Shown: positions 12,824-26,251 of the stretch, one piece after another | How the letters are laid out: each line of letters starts with the position of its first letter | How positions within the stretch are numbered: position 1 is the stretch's first letter | Assembly: GCA_964016885.1 (NCBI GenBank) | Contig: CAXHJY010000079.1 | Location: 159,096-223,095 of the forward strand | DNA: 64,000 bases | Source of the DNA: Eledone cirrhosa | Lineage: Eukaryota | Reading direction: 5' to 3' | Notes under the pieces: generated by a model | Database searches by the model: none | Seen by the model: only the letters and a program-made list of their open reading frames with translations | What the model was told of the DNA's origin: nothing | Made by a program: the position numbers and the translations under genes

Positions 12824-14026
12824 ATGTATATATAACTTAAATTATACATTTATATACAAGAGAAAAATAGACGTAATCTGACTGTATAATGTGGAATTGA
12901 ACGTCGCATCTACAGACAGTAAAACTGTTTTCTGATATACATTAAAATATAGAAGGAAGGAAAGAAGTCAGTTGTCAGGTCAAACCTAGGAAATAATGTT
13001 TCAATTGGTCTTTCTTTGCTGAAACTTTCTGTCAGTCATATCAGTGAGAAATAAAGTATTTCTTAACATAAACCCAACATGTCATCCAGACTGGGGATCA
13101 AACCCTTGACCTTATGATCGTCTCTCACCCTAACCAGTAGTTAAACATGAGGGATGTCTCTGCAGAACTAAGTGAAGAACAACTCAACTAGTTTCCGAAA
13201 TCAGTGACAAAAAACAAAATAAAAACACTTCCAAAGCACCACAACTGCACATTCAACTACAACTGCACAATAGTGAAACATCACTTCCAAAGTATAACAA
13301 ATGCACCTGAGAAATAACTGCATTTCTGAAATAGTCTAACTGCACTGACAAAATGACAACTCGATATTTGAAATTGTACAACTGCACTTAAAAAAAAAAA
13401 GAATTACAGCACTTCGAAAATAGCAGAATTGCATTTCAAGTTAATATGCACAACTGGATTTCTGATATTCTAAAACTGCACTCTCAAAATAACATGTGCA
13501 CATAATGCACTTTCAAAATAACATAATGCATTTTCAAAATAATAAAATTGTATCTTCAAAAGAATATGCACAAATGTACTTCTAAAATAAAACTATACTT
13601 TTGAAATGTCACTATTACATTTTTGTGACTGTATAACTACACTTTTCAGAATAATGGTTTTTGATTTAAGGACAAGGCCAACAATTTTTGGAGGAGTGTA
13701 ATGTATTTCTAAAATGTTGGGCTAGTCATGTCTGGAATCTCTTAGATCACACATCTGTTTAATGAGAGCTGACTAGGAGATAAACAACAACTACAACAAC
13801 AATCTGAAACATTTTATTAAGATTACTGTAGGTTATGTTACTCCTAACATTTAAGCTACGTGGTCTTTATTACAAACAGTGGGGATTTTAGCTGCTTCAT
13901 TGAGAGGCCTCCTTCATTAGAGCCCTAGAAATAGACTTTACTTGTGTAAACTTTTGACAGAAATGTAGGATGTAAGAACTAAATTATTACACAGTTGTAC
14001 TGTATCTAGCTAGTTTAAACTAGTTG

Positions 14027-14504
14027 TACCATATCACTACATGTTGTATAAGGTGACTAAAGGGGAGTTATTACACCACATCACTACATGTATAAGGTGA
14101 CTAAATGGGAGTTATTACACCACATCACTACATGTATAAGGTGACTAAAAGGGAGTTATTACACCACATCACTACATGTATAAGGTGACTAAAAGGGAGT
14201 TATTACACCACATCACTACATGTATAAGGTGACTAAAAGGGAGTTATTACACCACATCACTACATGTATAAGGTGACTAAAAGGGAGTTATTACACCACA
14301 TCACTACATGTATAAGGTGACTAAAAGGGAGTTATTACACCACATCACTACATGTATAAGGTGACTAAAAGGGAGTTATTACACCACATCGCTACATGTA
14401 TAAGGTGACTAAAAGGGAGTTATTACACCACATCACTACATGTATAAGGTGACTAAAGGGGAGTTATTACACCACATCACTACATGTATAAGGTGACTAA
14501 AAGG
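14027..14504. repeat. 44-bp minisatellite, ~11 copies
   Basis: Unit ACCACATCACTACATGTATAAGGTGACTAAAAGGGAGTTATTAC. Confidence 0.95.
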
Positions 14505-14684
14505 GTTGCTACAAGGAAGAGCATCTGGGTGTAAAAACATTGCATTGAAAAGGATCCCATAGTGGGTATGAAGCTTATTATGGGACCCACAAGCTGCTTT
14601 ACGCTAGGAAGATGGCCTTAAAATGCTGGTTGTTGTAGAATAGTTGCACTCTCCAAAATAACATAACTTCAGTACTACTGTTAA

Positions 14685-15748
14685 TTCAACACAGTACCAC
14701 TGCCGTACCACTCCACTTTCAACACAGCACCACTCCACTTTCAACACAGTACCACTCCACTTTCAACACAGTACCACTCCACTTTCAACACAGTACCACT
14801 CCACTTTCAACACAGTACCACTCCACTTTCAACACAGCACCACTACACTTTCAACACAGCACCACTCCACTTTCAACACAGTACCACTCCACTTTCAACA
14901 CGGTACCACTCCACTTTCAACACGGTACCACTCCACTTTCAACACAGCACCACTCCACTTTCAACACTGCACCACTCCACTTTCAACACTGCACCACTCC
15001 ACTTTCAACACTGCACCACTCCACTTTCAACACTGCACCGCTACACTTTCAACACAGCACCGCTACACTTTCAACACTGCACCGCTACACTTTCAACACT
15101 GCACCGCTACACTTTCAACACAGCACCGCTACACTTTCAACACAGCACCGCTACACTTTCAACACTGCACCGCTACACTTTCAACACTGCACTGCTACAC
15201 TTTCAACACTGCACCACTACACTTTCAACACTGCACCACTACACTTTCAACACTGCACCGCTACACTTTCAACACTGCACCGCTACACTTTCAACACTGC
15301 ACCACTACACTTTCAACACTGCACCACTACACTTTCAACACAGCACCGCTACACTTTCAACACTGCACCGCTACACTTTCAACACTGCACCGCTACACTT
15401 TCAACACTGCACCGCTACACTTTCAACACTGCACCGCTACACTTTCAACACAGCACCGCTACACTTTCAACACTGCATCACTACACTTTCAACACTGCAC
15501 TGCTACACTTTCAACACAGCACCACTTCACTTTCAACACTGCACCGCTACACTTTCAACACTGCACCGCTACACTTTCAACACTGCACCACTACACTTTC
15601 AACACTGCACCGCTCCACTTTCAACACTGCACCGCTACACTTTCAACACTGCACCACTACACTTTCAACACAGTACCACTCCACTTTCAACACAGTACCA
15701 CTCCACTTTCAACACAGTACCACTCCACTTTCAACACAGTACCACTTT
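14685..15748. repeat. 22-bp minisatellite, ~48 copies
   Basis: Unit TTTCAACAC(A/T)G(T/C)ACC(A/G)CT(C/A)CAC. Confidence 0.95.
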
Positions 15749-18100
15749 AATTTCAAAATACTCCAACTGCATCTCTAAAATAACGCAGCAGCACTTTCAA
15801 AACAACACAATATCATTTTCACTGCGTTACAACTCCAAATTCTGTTTATAAAATCTACCTAATGGTGGTGATGATGATGTCAGCAGTGGGAGCATACAAG
15901 AATTGCTGAGTGATTCATTGGGTTGTATCCCTGAGTTCAATTCCTGCCAATATCCAATCTAATTAACATAAACCAGATATGAAAACTTTTCTCCATGGAT
16001 CTCTGGTTATTCATGAAAAGAATGAGAAGAATGTTTGGTCAGAGAGGAATAAAATGGTGTTGGTACCAGCAGAAATGTGTGAAGATGTCCAAGAGATAAA
16101 GGTGTTAAGTTGGTTGTAGTGAAAGTTGTACACAAGGAATGCAAAACCAAGTGAAAGGGTTAAAGACAGCAAATTCTCACAGAATATCTCAGACAAATTA
16201 TTTAAACATTTTCTTTCAATGTTGTTGTTATTGTTGTTGTTATTTAGTGATGATCGTGGCGACAATGGTGGAGATGGTGATATGGGTGATGATGATGATG
16301 GTGATGGTGGTGATACTGGTGGTGATTGTGGTGATGGTGGTGATGGCAGTAATGGTAGTGATGGTGTTGATGGTAGTAATGGTAGTGATGGTGTTGATGG
16401 TAGTGATGATTGGTGAGTGATTGGCAGGAGATTTGGCAGCTATTTCTAATTGATAAATTGACCATGTTAGAATTGTTGATATACCTAACACTTCATAGAC
16501 CTTCTATTTATTCTTTGAATTAATTATTATTATTACTATTATTATTATTATTAAGGGTGGTAGATTGGCAAAATCATTTGAGAGCCAGACAAGTGCTTTG
16601 CAGTATCTATTCTAGCTCTTTATGTGCCAAGTTCAAATTCCACCAAAGCCAACTTTAACTTTCATCCCCCTGGGGGTTGATAAAATATAGTACCAGTTAA
16701 GTATTGTGTTCAATGAAATTGACTATCTCTGCCCTCAAAATTGCTGGCCTTGTGCCTAAATTAAAAACCTCTATTATTATTAAAAAAGATTGGGGATTGG
16801 CAGTATTGGTAGAAGGTCGGACACCATGCTTTGCAGCATAGAGTTATGTCCCTTTATAGTTTGAGTTCAAATCCCGCCGAAGTTCACTTTGCCTTTCATC
16901 CTTTATGGAGTCGATAAAATAAAGTACCAGTAATGGCACTGGGTAATCGCTGGCCTTGTGCCAAATGTAGAAACAATTATTAAAAAAAGAAAATATTCTA
17001 AAACTTCCTGATTGTAATTCATTAAAATTATGAGCAGGAAGAGATTAAATAGAAACACAAATGATGGTGTAGAATAAAGTATTATATATAACTGATGTTT
17101 AAGGCACACCTTTTTACTGAAAATATGACATAAAACCCAGCATGGAATTTACAGATGACCATTTAGGCCTACAAAAGATCGTTTCAAAATATATGTTGTT
17201 AGGAGAGGAGATACATCTGTTGTATAAGTTGGTGGGACTTAGTTTAGTTCACCAACAGAGCTTTCATTGTTGGCTAACTTCCGCTTAAAGTAGAATTCAA
17301 AAGGTGCTTGTATAGTCCTTAACCACACAATATGATCACATACAACCCTATATATACACAGACATGTGTATATACATACACACATATGTATGCTCATACA
17401 CACCCATGTATATATATACACACACATATGTATGATCACACACACCCATATATATATATACACACTCACACACACCCATATATATATATATATATACACA
17501 CTCACACACACATATATATAAATATATATATATTATATATACAAATATACACAAGTAAATACATGCATACATGTGATATCATCATCATCATTTCTACATC
17601 CGTTTTGTTTTTTTTCATATACGTATATACGTATACACATGTACATACACAAATATACACACACATATATACACCTAAGCATAGACATGCATACACTCAG
17701 AAACATATACATACAAACATGTACATATATATACACACATATATACACAAACATATACAAACAAATGTACACATATAGAAACATATATACACATACATAT
17801 ATACACATACATATACAAACACATATACACAAACATATACAAACAAACATGTACAGATATACAAACATATGCACATATATACACACATACATACATATAT
17901 ACACATATACATACACATACATACATATATACACATACATATACAAATACATATACACATACATACACACATACATACACAAACATGTACATACATGCAC
18001 ACATTTGGGATGTAAAGAATTAGTACAATGCCCCAGTATATATCATATTTTTCAGGAATATCTTACTAATGCGGTTTCATGTGGTACAGGATGTTAAGAG

Positions 18101-18888
18101 TAGCATTTAAACCAGCTGTATCCGGCCATAATTCTCAACCTCTTTCTGTTCAAACCAGCTGTAACCGGCCACTCATACTGATGTTAAGGTATTATTCTCA
18201 AAATAAATATCAAAATCTCATAGATTCAATATTATGTGAGGTATTATGTAAGAGAAAACCTTTACTGTGAAAATACAATAGTATATATAGAGTAATGTAA
18301 ATGTTATGTGAGATATTATGTGAGGTAAAGCCTTTACTGTGAAAATACAATAGTATATATAGAGTAATGTAAATGTTATGTGAGATATTATGTGAGGTAA
18401 AGCCTTTACTGTGAAAATACAATAGTATATATAGAGTAATGTAAATGTTATGTGAGATATTATGTGAGGTAAAGCCTTTACTGTGAAAATACAATAGTAT
18501 ATATAGAGTAATGTAAATGTTATGTGAGATATTATGTGAGATAAAGTCTTTACTGTGAAAATACAATAGTATATATAGAGTAATGTAAATGTTATGTGAG
18601 ATATGTGAGATAAAGTCTTTACTGTGAAAATACAATAGTATATATAGAGTAATGTAAATGTTATGCGAGATATTATGTGAGGTAAAGCCTTTACTGTGAA
18701 AATACAATAGTATATATAGAGTAATGTAAATGTTATGTGAGGTATTATGTGAGGTAAAGTCTTTACTGTGAAAATACAATAGTACATATAGAGTAATGTA
18801 AATGTTATGTGAGATATTATGTGAGGTAAAGCCTTTACTGTGAAAATACAATAGTATATATAGAGTAATGTAAATGCTAAAGGGTTAA
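18101..18888 (+). mobile_element. TTAA-flanked (piggyBac-like) MITE with an internal 72-bp array (~9 copies)
   Basis: Right end TAAATGCTAAAGGG-TTAA; homologous to the single-unit copy at 26940-27152; array at ~18229-18874. Confidence 0.75.
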
Positions 18889-19398
18889 AGTATTATATTC
18901 ACTTATTTATTATTAGACACAGATTGAGTTCAAATCCCACTGAGGTTAACTTTGCCTTTCATCCTTACGGGGTCGATAAAATAAAGTACCAGTAATAAAC
19001 TGGGTTTGTGCTGGCCTTGTGCCTAACGTAGAAACAATTATTATTATTTAATATTTTATCTCTAGATTGGTAAAGACAAAGATTTGACCGAAATACTTTG
19101 CACTAGAGTGTCTTATTAATGTGGTTTTCTGTGGTACAGGATATTAGGAATTAAGTAATTTACAGCTGTTCTATGTTCACCAATTCCATCCTTCTTGTAT
19201 TGTCACTGATTTGCTGTAGTAATCATGTTGAATGTCAAGGAATCAGTGGAGTTTTGTACCTGTATGTTACCAACTATTTATTTAGTTAATCAATTTAAAC
19301 ACCTATGTAGCACAGGTAAAACATGACAGACCTGAGGAAAGGTATTTAATACTACCTTGAAATATGAACCAGAGAGAGAACAAAGAAGGAAGATTAAG

Positions 19399-19517
<119 letters not shown>

Positions 19518-19860
19518 AACATTAAGAAAAAGGTAAACAAAGACAGCTATATAGCCGTTAAATGTTTCTGTAGCTGAATATTTTGCTAACCTCCATATAT
19601 TGGAAGATCTTGTTTATAGTTGGTAGGTCTTAGACAAAGTATTGTGCCTCCAATCTAGGGAAGTTGGTATCATGTGATATCATCTAAACTAATTAGGGTC
19701 TCAATTATAAAATATATTTAGCTGTTATTTTCTGATGTTTCTTTTTATTATTAAATTACGAACATTGTTCTGGGCTTAGAGGAAGAGGGAGTTATCTTTA
19801 GACTTGATACCTGGCCTGAACAGCTGTAACAGAGTGATGGGGGACTTCATTGAAGGCTAA

Positions 19861-20030
19861 TGAGGGACCATGTGAGGGTGTTAAACAGGGTGACAGATTG
19901 TAAAAGAGGGAGACTTTACTGAAGGTCACCCAAGGACCAGGTGAGGGTGTTAAACAGGGTGACAGATTGTAAAAGAGGGAGACTTTACTGAAGGTCACCC
20001 AAGAACCAGGTGAGGGTGTTAAACAGGGTT
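19861..20030. repeat. ~70-bp tandem duplication, ~2.4 copies
   Basis: GTGAGGGTGTTAAACAGGGT recurs three times. Confidence 0.85.
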
Positions 20031-20519
20031 TAATTACATTTACTCTGCTAAATTTATTTACTAAAATTATTAATTATTTCATTCGTAAGATAACATATGG
20101 TTCTTAAATTATGTTGGAAGATTTCAAATTTAATAAGAAACTTTACAACGGGTGGCATTGTTTTTATAGAACTAGAGACAGTTTTGGGTGGGTGGATATA
20201 AAAAGGGTTAAATTACACACTACTACTGCCTGAGAAGTGTGTGGGGTGGGTGTCAGCTAGAATGAATATCTTTAATTATAGATCTGTTGGATAAACAACA
20301 ACAACCACAAAAACAACATTCTGGTGGAAATGTAGAGAAAACAGAGATGTCCACAGAGTAACAACATTTTAAATAAGACTCTTATGTCACATGAGTTAGA
20401 TTGTTACAAGATGAGCTTAGTAGTTTTATCAATGTGTATGTACTACACACACACACATACATGTATATACACATACACTCACTCACTCACTCCCTGTCTC
20501 TCTCTCTCTCTCTCACACA

Positions 20520-20575
<56 letters not shown>

Positions 20576-20859
20576 CATTCACACACATATATATACACAC
20601 ACACTCACTGTCACACACATTTCATGGCAATATCTTATATCTACAATATATCCACACTGAGCCTCATTCACGTACAGATACACACATGCATATATACATG
20701 TACACATACACACACACAACTGTAGATCGAGGTACACACACTCACACACATAGAATTATAGAGAGATATACACATACACACATATATATTCACACACTCA
20801 CAGTTGCAGATAGATGCACATACACATATTATATATATATAGAGAGAGATAGATATAAT

Positions 20860-21015
20860 GGAGGCACATGGCTTAGTGGTTAGAGCATTGGCCTTGCAAT
20901 CGAAAGGTTGTGAGTTCAATTCTCAGGCCGGGTGATGTGTTGTTTCCTTGAGCAAGACTCTTTATTTCACATTGCACCAGTTTACTCAGCTGTAGAAATG
21001 AGATGATAGGGACTG
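20860..21015 (+). mobile_element. SINE family D, 3'-truncated
   Basis: A and B boxes plus core as at 1480. Confidence 0.85.
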
Positions 21016-21027
21016 TCCAAGTCAGTC

Positions 21028-21078
21028 AGCTTCCTGATGATTTCTCACGAATGAAACAGTTCTAGTCCTGTAGAAGCT
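21028..21078 (+). ncRNA. Type I hammerhead ribozyme (family A), intact core
   Basis: AGCTTC-CTGATGA-TTTCTCACGAAT-GAAA-CAG-TTCTAGTC-CTG-TA-GAAGCT: 6-bp stem I, canonical core, GUA triplet. Confidence 0.85.
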
Positions 21079-21478
21079 TTTCTATATTAAATATATATAT
21101 GTATATATATGATGATATATACCCTTCAATGGTTCTTTATATTATATACAATGAAGGATTAATGAAAGCAATGTTGACATGGGTGTGGTCTTGAATTAAG
21201 AACATAAAGAGACACAGGATGCTCTACCGGTTCTGTGATCTCCCAGCCTATTTCTTAAGTTTCATTAAACATAAGTAGCAGGATTATATTGTATTATATA
21301 TAACAGACTATCTCCTTACCAGACCTTTACTGAATACATAGAGAAAATACCTGGGTAGAGAATGGGTGGGACTTAGAAGTGATGTAGAAACATGTGAAGG
21401 GCTAACTAAGAATGTAGTGTGTTGAACTGTGTGTATGTGTGTGGTTATATATGTATATATGTATGTGTGAACGCATAG

Positions 21479-21526
<48 letters not shown>

Positions 21527-21639
21527 ATATATAAATATATATAAATGTGTCTGTGGGTTTGTATAAATATGTGTATGTGTGTGTGTATGTATGTGTGTAT
21601 ATATACATATATATATATACATATATATATATATACATC

Positions 21640-21675
<36 letters not shown>

Positions 21676-21711
21676 TTATGAAGCTAGACAAAGAGAATTG
21701 GTACAACTTCA

Positions 21712-21762
<51 letters not shown>

Positions 21763-23449
21763 ATATTGTATGTATATATATATATATATGTATATATGTA
21801 TTTATTGGCCTCAGAAGGATGAAAGGCCAAGATAACAGTCGCAGGATTTGAACTCAGAATGCAGAGATTAAAATATTTGGGGGCAACAGCAAATTAAATC
21901 AATTCAAGTACTGTACTTAATTGATATTTTATTTTACTGATCCCAGAAGAACGACCCCGGAAAGATGACCCCAGAAGGGTGACCTTAGAAGGATGACCCT
22001 GGAAGAATGACCTCAGAAGGATGACCCTGGAAGAATGACCTCAGAAGCATAGTTGACCTACGATAGATTTAAACTCAGAACATAAAAAATCCTGAATAAG
22101 TACCGCAATGGTATTTTGATCTGATCTATTTAATTCTGACAATCCACCACCTTTAGTATACAGCAGAATTAACAACTCAGACCAGAGTTCAATTCCTAGA
22201 CAAGGCTCAACTTCTTCTATCCCATATTGGAATTTATGAATAAGTCTTTACATCATTCTTCCTCACCAAAGTTTTCCTTCTTGTGCCAAGTAGAAAAAAC
22301 AAAAAAGAATTTTTATAAACTGACAGCAACCAGAAAGAAAATCGAAATGGATCAATATTTAGAAATAGAAAATTTTATGGAATGTAATAAAACGGTTTCA
22401 CCCAGTGTTTCAACCCCCCCCCCCTACCAGGGCACACGTAAATATGCTTATTTCACAACACTCAACATAAATATATCTTAAATAAGAAAACACAAGGTCA
22501 TGTGACACCCACTTTGTGCTAACTTTGACAGGGAAATATTAATTTGATATCTTCCCTCACCACCTATCTCTTGCACTTTTGACAAGATGTTCAGTGGTCA
22601 TGCAGAAGCTTTCTATAGCTATCTACCAAGGTATCTATCTATTTTTCAACAATAAATGCAGCAACATCTATCTGTTTATCTATCTATCAAACTATCTATC
22701 TGTATGCATAACTGTGTGTCTTTCTATTTTTTTGGTCTAACTGTCTGTTTGTCTGTTTCCATGTCTATTTATTTGGGTAGGTACTATCTGCCTACCTATC
22801 TATCTATATTTAGCTATCTATCTATCTATCTATCGATCTATACCTATTTACTTAACTCCCTATCTATCTGTGTCTATCTGACTGTCAATCTATAGTTATT
22901 GATTTATATATATTTACCAATGAATCTACCTTTGAACAAGAACAACAATAACAACAAAGACCAATAGCAGTCTAAACATCGAGAGACTAATAGATACAAA
23001 ATCATCACAATTTAGTGGATATATGTTTGATAATAATTAAAGAAAATAGAGGAAAATTATTGCAATGATTTAAATGAATATAAAGTGAGATAAAGTGAGA
23101 TATGGTGATTATTGGAAGGACATAAAGGAGAAGACCATGGAAGATTGAGGGCTCAAGTATCTTTACATAGAATGTTGTAATTAAGGAATTATCAAATTAA
23201 ATATATTTTATTATAAACCTTGATATATTTGACAGGTACTATGTTAGTATATATATATAGATATATATATGTGCATATATATATATGTGTGTGCATATAT
23301 ATATATATATATACACACACAAGCAGGACAAGCAGGGAAAAGCAGACGTAAAATGATGATGATATATATATCATCATCATCGTCATCATCATCGTTTAAT
23401 GTCTATCTTCCACGCTAGCATGGGTTTAGACGGATATATATATATATAT

Positions 23450-23725
23450 CAGTGTTTGCTGTTTAATTCCAAGGTGCAATGCTTTCAACAAGTAACTTCC
23501 CGTACACATCTAACCGTGCTCATGTGGAGTTGCATGTCTTCTGTAGTGCAGTACACCGGCAATGAACTCAATCCTCTGCCATTTTCTTCATGATGGTCAA
23601 ATGCATAAGGTCAGCCTTCACCGCATCATCCTAAGTTTTCCTAGGTCTTCCTCTTATCTAGATTCCACAGACTTTGAGTGCTGTACTCATATGTATACAG
23701 CTGCTATCTTCCATATTACATTTCA
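23450..23725 (-). mobile_element. Degenerate RTE-type LINE 3' fragment
   Basis: Minus strand GGAAGACCTAGGAAAACT encodes GRPRKT; otherwise decayed. Confidence 0.55.
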
Positions 23726-23735
23726 TGTGTGTGTG

Positions 23736-23802
<67 letters not shown>

Positions 23803-23804
<2 letters not shown>

Positions 23805-23954
23805 CAAAGAAAGTGTGGTAAGGAACCAGGTGGACCATAACGTACCAGAGTACTCAATACTTAGGGTAGTAGAGTGGGTAATAGATCTGAACTTAGTTCG
23901 GATCTTGCTGTAGAAATGGCTGGAGCTCAGCCATCGGGCTCCTGACTCTTTTTC
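23803..23954 (-). mobile_element. PLE terminal fragment family B (tail on minus, inverted HHR half on plus)
   Basis: Tail homologous to 2948-3029; GAAATGGCTGGAGCTCAGCCATC; within (TA)n. Confidence 0.75.
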
Positions 23955-24319
23955 TGTATATATGTATATATATATATATATATATATACATGGTCTTCCT
24001 GGTTTCCATACGGCAGGCACTTAAGGACCAACATGTCCAACTTGAGCCGATGAAAATGAACCAGAAAATCTTTTTGTTTTCATCCGGCACAGGTTGAATG
24101 TGTTCGTCCTTAGGGCTAAAGGAATGTATGTACCTGGCATGGCGCCGCTGTCATTACGGGCCTTATAATTATATTCAAAGACACCCTATACACATTATAT
24201 ATATAAATATATATATGTCATCATCATCGTTTAATGTCTATTTTCCATGCTAGCATGGGTTAGATGGGTTGTTCCGTTTGAGCTAAATCGGGTCAGGTGA
24301 CCGTGCCTGGCTCATACAA

Positions 24320-24352
<33 letters not shown>

Positions 24353-24609
24353 CGTATGTGTGTGTGTATGTATGTATATGTATGTGTATGTGTGTGTGTG
24401 TAAGTGTTATTTTAAAAATATACTATTGATGTGCTATAAATTTGTCATTTACCACAAAATTCTAAATGAAATAATTGCAAATTTAACATAAAAATAATCA
24501 TTTCGTTATACACCCATGCACACAAATACACACACATATATATATATGGACCGTCTAAACCCATGCTAGCGTGGAAGATAGACGTTAAACGATGATGATG
24601 ATGATGATG

Positions 24610-24641
<32 letters not shown>

Positions 24642-24920
24642 TTATTAAATATACATACATAATTCATATCTATATATAGACTTACATTTACTACATATAT
24701 ATGTTTGTATATATATATATATATATAAATATATGTGTGTATATATATGTGTGTATGTATATATATATAAATATATATATATGTGTGTGTGTGTGTGAGT
24801 ATATTTTAAGAGAAATATAAAAGTATGTAGTCAGCATTTTCAGTTTATTGGCGGAAATTATGAATAAACATTACTTTTTATGTTAGAGGTGAATGGATAA
24901 ATCGAGAGAGAGAGGCATAT

Positions 24921-25004
<84 letters not shown>

Positions 25005-25127
25005 TCTTTATAAAATGATTTCTTTAAGAATAAAAACCTCACAAAAATACAAATTACATTAATTTCTATATAAAAATCAAATATATTGAAATGTGCATTA
25101 ATAAATATATCTAAGTATAAATGTGTG

Positions 25128-25160
<33 letters not shown>

Positions 25161-25175
25161 ATATATATGTATATC

Positions 25176-25280
25176 CTGGGTTCAATCAGTTGTAACCACA
25201 GTAAAGTACTCAATACATAGAGTATAAATATTGATGATTTCCTTTGAATGAAACAGTTCTAGTCCTGTAGACGCCATTTC
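25176..25280. mobile_element. PLE terminal fragment family A with inverted HHR (TTGATGA core variant)
   Basis: GTACTCAATAC tail on minus, then TTGATGA-TTTCCTTTGAAT-GAAACAGTTCTAGTCCTGTA on plus. Confidence 0.7.
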
Positions 25281-25292
25281 TCTCTCTCTATA

Positions 25293-25533
25293 TATAAATA
25301 ATATAAAATCAAAAGATGGTTAAAAGAGTTCCATGTATTTTATTATGCGCATTTCAAAAACAGATATCATCATGGGATGATATTTGTTTTTGAAATGCGC
25401 ATAATAAAATACATGGAACTCTTTTAACCATCTTTTGATTTTATATTATTTATACTCCAGTCCTATAAACTGTTGAGTGCTACTTATCCGATATTTGCAT
25501 TGCTTTATTGTGCTACAATAAAACTCACCTCCT
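25293..25533 (+). mobile_element. PLE terminal fragment family I with 79-bp fold-back
   Basis: Arms 25293-25371 and 25376-25454; GAAATGCGCATA HHR 3' half; tail homologous to 30444-30510. Confidence 0.8.
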
Positions 25534-25535
25534 AC

Positions 25536-25585
<50 letters not shown>

Positions 25586-25588
<3 letters not shown>

Positions 25589-25705
25589 GGCGTGTGGCTG
25601 AGTGGTTAGAGAATTGGATTCGCAATCGTAAGGTTGTGAGTTCGATTCCTGGACCAGGTGATGCGTTATGTCCTTGAGCAAGACACTTTATTTCACGTTG
25701 CTCCT
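25586..25705 (+). mobile_element. SINE family D head and core
   Basis: TGGCTGAGTGG A box, GAGTTCGATTCC B box, CCTTGAGCAAGACACTTTATTTCAC. Confidence 0.8.
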
Positions 25706-25759
25706 TCTACCTGGAGTTGCGACCGATAGATAGTATTAGCAATTGGAAAGACCAACGGA

Positions 25760-25807
<48 letters not shown>

Positions 25808-25997
25808 ATATATAAGACCAGGATTAGCGATTTTAACCTACCAAGACCATTATTCATGAGAGGTCTCAATACTTGGGATAGAGTATAAATATATTATAAA
25901 GCTGGGGCTCCATGGCTGCGATCAGCTGTTGGGCTCTGACTCCATAATATATATATATATATATATACATATGTACATATATTTTTATGCGTGTGTG

Positions 25998-26045
<48 letters not shown>

Positions 26046-26100
26046 ATGATAAATATGTATGTATATATATATATATGGTGATATATATATATATGTATAT

Positions 26101-26251
26101 AAGGTAAGTTATTCCGGGTTGAATCGGAGGTAACCACAGTAAGTAAGGTACTCAATACATAGCAGAGTATAAAAGTTTTAATATAGATGAGATTCTACAG
26201 GACTAGAACTGTTTCATTCTAGTCCTGTAGAATCTCATCTATATTAAAACT
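26101..26251 (-). mobile_element. PLE terminal fragment family A with perfect 35-bp hairpin
   Basis: Arms 26174-26208 and 26217-26251, spacer CTGTTTCA; tail homologous to 34920-34976. Confidence 0.8.

Noticed and set aside
14027-15748. CRISPR-like regular arrays
   Set aside because: Head-to-tail units with no unique spacers, no cas genes, eukaryotic context
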